Shown here one piece after another: positions 31,581-39,466 of a DNA stretch of 64,000 bases; positions within the stretch are counted from its first letter, which is position 1; every line of letters starts with the position of its first letter. Origin of the DNA: Kofleriaceae bacterium (GTDB lineage Bacteria > Myxococcota_A > Polyangia > Haliangiales > Haliangiaceae); contig JAWKQX010000006.1 of assembly GCA_041389925.1 (NCBI GenBank), positions 407,837 to 471,836 of the forward strand. The letters run 5' to 3'. The notes under the pieces were generated by a model, which searched no databases, was not told the DNA's origin, and worked only from the letters and a program-made list of their open reading frames with translations. Made by a program: the position numbers and the translations under genes.

Positions 31581-34500
31581 TCAGTCGAACATGATCACGC
31601 CCGCGGCCCAGGCGCGGCCGCGGGCCAGGTAGCGCTCGCGGAGGGCCGCGAGCGCGGCCGCAGGGGCTTCGCCGGCGCGCAGGCGCTGGTGGAGCTCGGC
31701 GAAGAACGCCGTGGCCTCCTCGTCGGGGATCTCCACGGTGGGAGCGATCACGGAGCGGGCGCCCGCGTCGAGGAAGGCGTCCGGGAGGCTCCAGCGGCGG
31801 TGCTCGTACGGCACGGTCGCGCCAGCGCGGCAGGCGGCCAGCACGATGGTGGGCGCGCCGCGGAGCTGGGCAGCGCGCACCTGCGTCGCGGTGAGGGCCC
31901 AGCTTTGGTCCGCGCCGGGCGACAAGGCGAGGAACGACGCGTCGGCGAGGCCGATGTCGACCTGGCCGTGGACGTGGAGCTCCGCGTAGGTCGCGGTCTG
32001 GAGCGCGGCGAGCACCCGGCTCGGCGTGGCCTCGGCGCCGCGGAGCTCGAGGCCGGTGGGGTGCGCGGCCATCGGGGCGAGGGCGGGGAGGCCGACCGAC
32101 GCGGGCGGGAGGGCGTCGCCGACGAACACCTCCTGCGTCGGCTGCGCGGCCGCGGCGGGGGCCGCGGGCGCGCGGCGCTGGCCCCAGAACGCCCAGGGGA
32201 GCTCGGGAGGCAGCAGATCCGCGCGACCGTGGAGCGGCGGGCGAGCGAGCACCGAGATGCGCGGGCAGCCGCGCAGGGCCGCGCGCAGCGCGTCCGGGAC
32301 CAGCCGCGCCCCGGACCACTGTGGCGGGGTCTCGACCCGAGCGCGCGCGCCGGTGGCCGCGCCGTGGGCATCGAGCGCCACCGCCGTGCCGCGCGTGTCG
32401 TCCAGGCTGACGACGAGCGCGCAGGTCTGCGGCGGCGGCGCGCCGAGCTCCTCGGCGGCGAGCGCGACGGCCTCGGTCCACGCGCCGCGGCGGGCCGCGT
32501 CGTCGATGATCGACTGGTAGATCCAGGCGCGGAACGCGAGGCTGGTCTCGTCGCTGCCGGTCAACGTCGGCAAGAGCTCGCGCAGCTTCGCCGTGGCGCC
32601 GGGGTCGTCGTCGAGCTGCAGGCGCGCCTCGGCGATGGCCGCGAGCCGATCAAGCTCGGGGTCTGCGGCGGCGTGGGCGGCGGCGAGCCAGGTCTGCGCG
32701 CGTGCGCGATCCTCGGCGCGCCCGGTCATCCTCGCCAGGTCGACCAGCGCACTCAGCTCTAGCGGGGCGGGCGGTTGGTCGCAGGCGTCGGCCGGGGCGA
32801 GCACCACGCCGCGCAGGCTGGCGGTGCGGTACACCGCGATGAGGAGCTGTCCGATGGTGATGAAGCGGGTCACGCTGCAGCTGCGGTCGCCGATCCTCAA
32901 GATCGCTTCCTGGAACGTCGCCGAGGCGAGGGCGAAGCGGCCGCGGCCGCGGCGGAGCTCCGCGAGCTGGGACACCATCTCATCCTCGACGGAGGTCGCG
33001 CCGGAGTCTCGGTACAGGGTCAGCGCCAGCTCCGCGTAGGTCTCGGCCTCGCGGTAGCGCGTCTGCGCTTCGTAGAGGCGCTTGAGCTCGACGGCCAGGC
33101 CGGCGCACCGGTGGCCCCAGCGGACGCGGTCGCAGGTCGCGAGCGCCGAGCGCAGCATCTCCTCGGCTTGGTCTCGGGCGTCGGCGGCGACGAGCTCCGA
33201 GCTGCGCAGCACCGGCAGGTACAGCTTGAACCAGGGGTCCTCGGTGGCCTCGAGCATCGCGGCGAGCTCGCCGCGGCGCTCGCCGGGGTGGAGGGCGCGG
33301 GCGTAGAAGAGGGCGCCGAGCCGCAGATCGCCGAACCGCGCGCGAGAACGATCCAGGCGATCCAGCAGCACAAGCGGCGACTCGGATGCGGTGCCGGTGG
33401 CGAGCGCTCGGTACGCCGCGGCGAGGGGCGCGCGGAGCGCGAAGTCGCTGGCCGCGACCTCGTCGACCGCGCGGCGCGCGTCGCCGCGGCCCACGGCGGC
33501 GTCGAGCGCCTCGGCGAGCGGCGCCAGCGCCCGCGCCTGCGCGCGCGTCATGGCCGAGCGGAGCGCGTCGTGGAAGTACAGGCGGCTGAGGCCGGGCCGC
33601 GACGCGGCGTCGGCGGCGGTCAGCGGCGGCCCACCTTCCACCATCGCGCGCGCCGCCGACGCGAACGCCGCGGCCGCGCGCGCGCGCTCGTCCATCGTCG
33701 CGCGCAGCGCCGCGGCCTTGGCGCGCGCCTCGTCCGCCCAGCCCGGCTCGCCGCGCCGGATGATCTCGTCGAGCGCGGCCGCGGCGGCGAGCGGCAGGCC
33801 GAGCTCGCGCAGCGCGAGGGCCCGGTTCCAGTGGGCGGGCGCCAGCGCGGGCTCCGCGGCGAGGGCGCGATCGGCGGCCTCGAGCGCCTCCTCGGCGCGT
33901 CCGGCGAGCAGCTCCGCGGCGGCGAGGTCGGCGTCGCGCGGCGCCGTCGGGGGCAGCGCGGTGAGCGCGGCGAGCGCCTTGGTCGGCTCGCCGGTGAGCG
34001 CCAGCGCGGTGGCCAGCGCGGCGCGGTCGCCGCGCCGCTCGAGCCCGGCGAGCGCCTCCAGCGTGAACGACTCGCGCCCCGCCTCGCCGCGGGCTACCGC
34101 GTACGGCCGGAAGCCGTCGAAGGGCGGCGTCGTGAAGCGCACCTCGACGCCGCGCTGCTCCGCCAGCGCCAGCGCCGGCGCGGCGGGCGTCTTCGGTGCG
34201 ACCACGCAGCGCGTGATCAGCACGGCGGCCGCGGTCAGCGTGAGCGCCAGCGCGGCCGACAGCGCGGCGCGGCGGGCGCGCAGGTGTCGTCCTCGCTCGA
34301 GGGGGATCGGCTCCGCGGCGGCGGGCGCGGGGCCCCGGGCGACGCCAGGTGATGAGCCTGCGTTCGGCGCGGCGGACTCGCGGGCGGCGGCAGGCGACGA
34401 CTCGCTGGCCGACGCGGCGACCTCGCGAACGGGCGCCGGCGACGAGCTCGCCTCTGGCGCGAGCTGGGGCGCGGCGGCCTGCCGCTGCGGGTGACGGAGC

Positions 34501-34649
34501 GCGACCTCGAGGCCGACGAGATCTCCCAGCTCTTCCTGGCACTGCGCGCACGACGCGAGGTGCTCGAGCGCCGCGGCGTGCTCGGCTTCCTCGAGCTCAC
34601 CGTCGAAGTAGCGGGAGGTCAGGGCGTGCAGATCGACCGGGTCACTCAT
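31581..34649 (-). CDS. Anti-sigma factor (zf-HC2) - TM - TPR repeats - CHAT domain (caspase-like protease) fusion protein
   Basis: N-terminus HAAALEHLASCAQCQEEL is the ZAS/zf-HC2 anti-sigma motif. Single TM helix ALSAALALTLTAAAVLI. Long Ala/Leu-rich TPR-like region. C-terminal CHAT with putative catalytic His (AELHVHGQVD) and Cys (TIVLAACRAG). ATG at 34649 overlaps the stop of the upstream ECF sigma gene (ATGAGTGA). About 1022 aa. Confidence 0.75.
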   Translation of the reverse strand: MSDPVDLHALTSRYFDGELEEAEHAAALEHLASCAQCQEELGDLVGLEVALRHPQRQAAAPQLAPEASSSPAPVREVAASASESSPAAARESAAPNAGSSPGVARGPAPAAAEPIPLERGRHLRARRAALSAALALTLTAAAVLITRCVVAPKTPAAPALALAEQRGVEVRFTTPPFDGFRPYAVARGEAGRESFTLEALAGLERRGDRAALATALALTGEPTKALAALTALPPTAPRDADLAAAELLAGRAEEALEAADRALAAEPALAPAHWNRALALRELGLPLAAAAALDEIIRRGEPGWADEARAKAAALRATMDERARAAAAFASAARAMVEGGPPLTAADAASRPGLSRLYFHDALRSAMTRAQARALAPLAEALDAAVGRGDARRAVDEVAASDFALRAPLAAAYRALATGTASESPLVLLDRLDRSRARFGDLRLGALFYARALHPGERRGELAAMLEATEDPWFKLYLPVLRSSELVAADARDQAEEMLRSALATCDRVRWGHRCAGLAVELKRLYEAQTRYREAETYAELALTLYRDSGATSVEDEMVSQLAELRRGRGRFALASATFQEAILRIGDRSCSVTRFITIGQLLIAVYRTASLRGVVLAPADACDQPPAPLELSALVDLARMTGRAEDRARAQTWLAAAHAAADPELDRLAAIAEARLQLDDDPGATAKLRELLPTLTGSDETSLAFRAWIYQSIIDDAARRGAWTEAVALAAEELGAPPPQTCALVVSLDDTRGTAVALDAHGAATGARARVETPPQWSGARLVPDALRAALRGCPRISVLARPPLHGRADLLPPELPWAFWGQRRAPAAPAAAAQPTQEVFVGDALPPASVGLPALAPMAAHPTGLELRGAEATPSRVLAALQTATYAELHVHGQVDIGLADASFLALSPGADQSWALTATQVRAAQLRGAPTIVLAACRAGATVPYEHRRWSLPDAFLDAGARSVIAPTVEIPDEEATAFFAELHQRLRAGEAPAAALAALRERYLARGRAWAAGVIMFD

Positions 34650-35208
34650 CGCTCGATCCTCCCAGCAGCGCGCGTAGCCGCCGGCGCGCCCGCAGCACCC
34701 GCGTGCCCACGGTGGCGACCGGGACGTCGAGCGCCTGCGAGATCTCCTTGTAGCTCTGCCGCTGAAACTCGAAGCGCTCGAACGCCTCTTTGAGCTCGTC
34801 GGGCAGCTTGGCGACGGCGTCGCGCACCTGGCTGGTGGACAGCTCCTCCCACCATGATCGCTGCTCTGGCGGCGGCGCGGAGAGCGCGACGTCATCCACG
34901 TCGACGCGCGTCGGCGCCGCGGTGTGCGCCCGTACGCGATCGACGAACAGGTTGCGCATCACGCGGGCCATCCACGCCGCGTGGTTGATGTCGGCGGGGA
35001 GGCGATCGAAGTTCGTCACCGCCTTGAGCAGGACGTCTTGCACCAGATCCTCCGCGTCGAAGGTCCCGCGGCACAGCTTGCGCGCGAGGCCGCGCAGAAA
35101 GGCCTGGTGCTCTACCATGAGCGCCTCGAGGCGTCGCTGGGCTGCATCATCGTCTGGATCGACGGAAGGCGACGCCCCTTGTTCCCCGGAAGATTGCAGG
35201 TGCCCCAT
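34642..35208 (-). CDS. ECF (sigma-70 family, group 4) RNA polymerase sigma factor
   Basis: Region 2 (FDAEDLVQDVLLKAVTNFDRL ... AWMARVMRNLFVDRVR) and region 4 HTH (SYKEISQALDVPVATVGTRVLRARRRLRALL). Start at Met giving about 188 aa; longer ORF extends to 35325. Confidence 0.8.
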   Translation of the reverse strand: MGHLQSSGEQGASPSVDPDDDAAQRRLEALMVEHQAFLRGLARKLCRGTFDAEDLVQDVLLKAVTNFDRLPADINHAAWMARVMRNLFVDRVRAHTAAPTRVDVDDVALSAPPPEQRSWWEELSTSQVRDAVAKLPDELKEAFERFEFQRQSYKEISQALDVPVATVGTRVLRARRRLRALLGGSSDE

Positions 35209-35297
35209 GGTGAACCAGACGCGGTGAATATACGGGCAATCCTCCATTCTTGGCCACCCGCGAGGACGCACGAGGTCGGCGTGGAGCGACGCTTGCG

Positions 35298-35321
35298 CCG
35301 CCTCGGGCTCGATCCGCGGGA
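35298..35321 (+). promoter_or_regulatory. Candidate ECF-type promoter (GGAAC-N15-CGTC) upstream of divergent lipoprotein gene
   Basis: GGGAACaaggactggtatctaCGTCA on the plus strand about 80 bp upstream of the ATG at 35401. Resembles ECF -35 GGAAC / -10 CGTC architecture. Lies in the intergenic region divergent from the ECF sigma gene. Confidence 0.3.
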
Positions 35322-35400
35322 ACAAGGACTGGTATCTACGTCATCCAAGGGACCCACGATCGGCTGGTCGTGGCCTTCTCGCTTGCCTGGAGATCATTCG

Positions 35401-35901
35401 ATGAAGCGCTCTGTTCTCGTCGCTGTGCTCACGTTCTTCCTCGCCGCTTGCCCCGCGGCGACGCCGCGCCCCATCTCGCTGAGGCTCAAGGCACCGCCGC
35501 CCACACCGCAGCGCTGGAGCGGCGAGGTGCGCGAGGCTCGCGGCGAGGGCATGGTGTGGGTGATGTCGCCCTTCGACGAGGCGGGCGAGCGGTGGATCCT
35601 CTCGCTCGTCAACGTGCGGCAGCAGGTCATCGAGGCGACGTACATCGTTCCGAACGCGGAGCGGTTCCACGCCATCGAGGCGACCTCGGGCGGTGGCGGT
35701 GGGATCTCCACCGGGATCGAGTGGGTGATCATCGGCAGCGTGCGGCCAGGGCCCCGGCCCGGGCCGATCGGCGACCCGGACCCCTTCCTGTCGCGGGAGC
35801 ACCTCAACGTCGCGGCGAACGCGCTGGCGCCGCTCAAGGCCAAGATCCTCGATGAGACGCCGACCCGAGGCGCGGCGTCGCGCGACGAGCAGGCGCGCTG
35901 A
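35401..35901 (+). CDS. Lipoprotein, hypothetical
   Basis: MKRSVLVAVLTFFLAAC signal/lipobox. 166 aa. No known domain. Gly-rich GGGGGISTGIEW segment. Confidence 0.5.
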   Translation: MKRSVLVAVLTFFLAACPAATPRPISLRLKAPPPTPQRWSGEVREARGEGMVWVMSPFDEAGERWILSLVNVRQQVIEATYIVPNAERFHAIEATSGGGGGISTGIEWVIIGSVRPGPRPGPIGDPDPFLSREHLNVAANALAPLKAKILDETPTRGAASRDEQAR

Positions 35902-35991
35902 ACAGCAGGCGCGACGAGCAGGCGCGCTGAGCAGGCGCGCCGATGATGCACGCACGCTCGATGCGCTCACCCGCGGCGCACCGGCGCCGCG

Positions 35992-36993
35992 CTACTTGGG
36001 CAGGAACGCGGAGCCCAGGCGCATGTCGATGGTGAGGTCCTCGGTGCCTTGCTTGAGGCGCACCTTCGTGGAGACGGTGCTCGTCAGCTTGGGGTACAGC
36101 GCGCCGGGCGCGAAGACCGCGTCGACGTGTCCGCTGCCGGAGATCTCCGAGACCTCCACGCCTTGCAGCGTCTGGTTGGCGCCCGTCACCTTGGTCTCGC
36201 CGGAGATGGTCGCACCGTCCTTGTTGCGCGAGACCAGCTTGTACGTGGTGACGTGGGTCGTGGCGATGCCGTTGATCTCGCTCTCCTCGGTCACCTCCCA
36301 GCGCGCCCCGACGCCGACGGGCACGGCGGGCAGCGGGACCCAGGTGGGCAGCATGAGCTTGAGCGACTCCAGCGCGCCGGCGGTGGTGTGCTCGGGCTTC
36401 TCGATGCGATAGGTGGTCTCGCCGACGCCGCCCGCCGCCGTCACCGTGCCGTCCACGGTCATCCCTAGCAGCGAGGAGATCTGCGTCTTGAGCGCGGCCG
36501 GCGGGATGCTCTGGTTGGCGCGATCGCGCGCGTCCACGGCGTCGATGACGGTGTGGTAGGTGGAGGCGCCATCGGCGGCGACCGCGGTGGCCTCCCCCGT
36601 GCCGCTGAGCACGACCGTCGGCATCGTCACGGTCTGGGGCTGCTGGCCGACCGGCGCCTGCTCGATGGTCGCGTCCATGATCAGCTCGACCTGCTGCTTG
36701 CTTGAGGCCGTGGGCGCGACGCGCAGCGGTGCGCGTGCGCCCTTGCCCGGCGAGAGGAGCTTGACGGTGGTCTTCGGCGCCGGCAGCACCATGGTCACGG
36801 GCTCGGCCGGGGGCGGGGGCGGAGCTGGCTCGGCAGGAGGCGCCGGCTCGGTGGGAGGCGCCGGCTCGGCCTGCGGCGCGCCCGCGGCCGGGTCGAGCTT
36901 CGAGTCGGGGATGGTGTTGGAGTTCGAACCGGAGGAGCCGCCGCAGGCGACGGCACACGCCAGCAAGGCGAAGGCGACAGAGGAGCGGAGCAT
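35992..36993 (-). CDS. Lipoprotein with Pro/Ala-rich linker, hypothetical
   Basis: MLRSSVAFALLACAVAC signal/lipobox. PAPPTEPAPPAEPAPPPPPAEP linker. Beta-rich C-terminal domain ending in F. Confidence 0.5.
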   Translation of the reverse strand: MLRSSVAFALLACAVACGGSSGSNSNTIPDSKLDPAAGAPQAEPAPPTEPAPPAEPAPPPPPAEPVTMVLPAPKTTVKLLSPGKGARAPLRVAPTASSKQQVELIMDATIEQAPVGQQPQTVTMPTVVLSGTGEATAVAADGASTYHTVIDAVDARDRANQSIPPAALKTQISSLLGMTVDGTVTAAGGVGETTYRIEKPEHTTAGALESLKLMLPTWVPLPAVPVGVGARWEVTEESEINGIATTHVTTYKLVSRNKDGATISGETKVTGANQTLQGVEVSEISGSGHVDAVFAPGALYPKLTSTVSTKVRLKQGTEDLTIDMRLGSAFLPK

Positions 36994-37138
36994 CTTGGCG
37001 GGTAGCCTACCCTGAAACCACGACGCCGTCCTCGCGCCGCGGCGGCTCACGGCGGAGGCCGCCGCCCGCCGAGGCGAGGCCGGACGTCCGCGCTGGCCTC
37101 CGGTCGCGCGGCGGGCGTTCGCGCGCGTCTACTCGCGT

Positions 37139-38227
37139 CTACGCGACGAGATCCTTCCAGCGCCGCAGGTACTCGATGAACTGCGGCGACACCGCGCGCG
37201 CCTCAAGCTCGGCGGCGGACATCGGTGGTCGGCGAGGCTGGTAGCCGGCGGCCTTGGCCTCGTCCGGCCAGTCGGGGTTGAGGATGGCGGCGCGCCCGAG
37301 CGCGACCATGTCCGCGCCGCGCTCGAGCGCGAGCTCGGCCTCGGCGGGCGACCAGATCGCGCCCGCCGTGACGATCGCGATCTCCGCGGGCAGCGCGGCG
37401 CGCAGGGCGGTCAGCGGGTGCTCGGCGGGCCGCTTCACCGTGGGCGCGTCCGCGTTCCACAGCGACGCGTGCAGGTAGTCCGCGCCGTCGTCGACGAGCT
37501 GCCGGGCGACCTCCAGCGACTCGTCCAGATCGAGGCCCTTGGTCGCGCTGAAGTCCTCCAGCGAGAGCCGCACCCCGACGAGGAAGCCGGCGGAGACCCG
37601 CGCGCGGACGGCGCGCGTCACCTCGCGCAGGAGGCGCGCGCGACCGGCCAGCGCGCCGCCCCAGCCGTCGCTCCGCTGGTTCATCGACGAGGAGAGGAAC
37701 TGCGTCAGCAGGTAGCCGTGGGCGCCGTGCAGCTCCACGCCCTGGAAGCCGGCGCGCTCGGCGCGCGCCGCGGCCGCCGCGAACTGCTCGATCACGCGCG
37801 CGAGATCCTCCTCGGTGGCGGGGCGCGGCACCTCGGCGCCGGGCGCGTCATCTTGGTAGGCGCTGGCGCTCCAGGGCTGGTGGCCGCTGTGCGCGCGCTT
37901 GGCGCGCATCCCGCCGTGGAAGAGCTGCACCAGGCCAAGGCCGCCGCGCGCGCGCAGCCGGGTCGCCAGCTCGGTGAGCCCGGGGAGCTGCGCGTCCTCG
38001 GAGATGCCCAGCTCCCCGGCCCACGCCTTGCCGTCCTGCGCGACGTAGGCGGCACACGTGATGATGGCGCCGAAGCCTCCGTCGACGCGGCGGGCCAGCC
38101 ACGCGAGCTCGACGGGGCCGAGCTCGCCGGTCGGCAGGCTCTGGCCGTTGGTCATCGGGGCCAGGGCGATCCGGTTGGGCGCGGTGACGCCGTTGCGGAA
38201 GGTGAGAGGGGTATGGAGCTTGGTCAT
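37139..38227 (-). CDS. NADH:flavin oxidoreductase / Old Yellow Enzyme family alkene reductase
   Basis: MTKLHTPLTFRNGVTAPNRIALAPMT ... ITCAAYV ... QLFHGG ... GFQGVELHGAHGYLLTQFLSSSMNQRSDGWGG is typical OYE. ATG at 38227. The upstream part of ORF 37139..39334 is off-frame. Confidence 0.8.
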   Translation of the reverse strand: MTKLHTPLTFRNGVTAPNRIALAPMTNGQSLPTGELGPVELAWLARRVDGGFGAIITCAAYVAQDGKAWAGELGISEDAQLPGLTELATRLRARGGLGLVQLFHGGMRAKRAHSGHQPWSASAYQDDAPGAEVPRPATEEDLARVIEQFAAAAARAERAGFQGVELHGAHGYLLTQFLSSSMNQRSDGWGGALAGRARLLREVTRAVRARVSAGFLVGVRLSLEDFSATKGLDLDESLEVARQLVDDGADYLHASLWNADAPTVKRPAEHPLTALRAALPAEIAIVTAGAIWSPAEAELALERGADMVALGRAAILNPDWPDEAKAAGYQPRRPPMSAAELEARAVSPQFIEYLRRWKDLVA

Positions 38228-38323
38228 CGCTGTGGGAGGAAGGTAGCGCACCCGCTCCCACGCGCCACCCGCGGCGCCGTCGCGCCGTCGCGTCGTCGCG
38301 CGAAGCCTGATACGCTCCGAGGC

Positions 38324-39313
38324 ATGCGCCGGCACCTTGTCGCTCTCGCGTTGGCAACCGCCGCCGTGGTCTCCTCGGACGCTCGCGCCGACGTCAACGA
38401 TCTCGTGCTCTCGCGGCTCGCGCGCCGGGTGGAGCAAGGGGGCATGGTCACCGCGGTGATCCCGCAGAGCCGTGACCTGCGCGCGCTCGCCTCGCAGCTC
38501 GGCGTGGTGCTCGCGCCGCACCTGCTGACGCCAGCGGACACGCTCGGCTTCGGCGGCGTGCAGTTCTCCGTGGACCTCAGCACGACGCAGGTCGACCGCG
38601 ACGCGGCGTACTGGCGCGCCGCCGAGGGCAGCCCCGATCCCGACGGCACCGGCGGCGGCAAGCACACCGCCGGCTACCTCTCCACGATCGGGTTCTTCGC
38701 GCGCAAGGGCATGTGGTTCCCGGCGCCGGCGATGGAGCTGGGCGGCGGCGCGGTGCACCTCAAGGACTCGAACATGTGGGCGGGGCAGCTCTACGCCAAG
38801 CTCGCGCTGCAGGAGGGCTATCACGACTACCCGCTGCCCAGCCTGGCGCTGCGCGGCGCGGTGTCGCGCTTGATGACCCAGCGCGAGCTCGATCTCACGG
38901 TCATCTCGCTCGACGCATCCCTCTCCAAGCACATCGGCATCCTGGGGACGTGGAACCTCAACCCGTACGCCGGCTGGAACACCCTGCTCATCATCCCGCG
39001 CAGCGAGGTCATCGATCCGACGCCCGAGATTGATCCGCTCGAGCCGGGGATGCCCAACGATCGCGCGCTCAACTTCGTCTTCAAGGATCAGGACCCGATC
39101 TTGCGGCACCGCGTGTTCCTGGGCGCCAAGGCGCAGTTCGGGGCGGTGATGATCACCGTCGAAGGGCAGCTCGCGCTCGCCGGCACCTCGGTCGATGATC
39201 GAGGGGGCACCAGCGCGAAGTGTGAGGCGGTCTCGCAGACCGAGCAGTGTGACGCGCAGGACTCCGCGGCGAAGCAGCAGAGCTTGACGATCTCCGCCGG
39301 GCTCGAGTTCTAG
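38324..39313 (+). CDS. Secreted hypothetical protein, possible outer-membrane beta-barrel
   Basis: Signal peptide MRRHLVALALATAAVVSSDARA. Alternating amphipathic pattern. Terminal ... SLTISAGLEF with C-terminal Phe is typical of OMP beta-barrels. No catalytic motif. Confidence 0.5.
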   Translation: MRRHLVALALATAAVVSSDARADVNDLVLSRLARRVEQGGMVTAVIPQSRDLRALASQLGVVLAPHLLTPADTLGFGGVQFSVDLSTTQVDRDAAYWRAAEGSPDPDGTGGGKHTAGYLSTIGFFARKGMWFPAPAMELGGGAVHLKDSNMWAGQLYAKLALQEGYHDYPLPSLALRGAVSRLMTQRELDLTVISLDASLSKHIGILGTWNLNPYAGWNTLLIIPRSEVIDPTPEIDPLEPGMPNDRALNFVFKDQDPILRHRVFLGAKAQFGAVMITVEGQLALAGTSVDDRGGTSAKCEAVSQTEQCDAQDSAAKQQSLTISAGLEF

Positions 39314-39466
39314 GAGCCCGCCCGGCTCGCGCACCGCGACGACGTGCGAGCTCGGCGCGGAGGCGGAGATCCTCTGCGGGGCCGGTCTCAGCGACGAGGC
39401 ACGGTGCGAGTTTCTCCGCGAGCGAAGCCGCTATAACCATCGCGCGGTACGGCCGAGTCAACGAGC

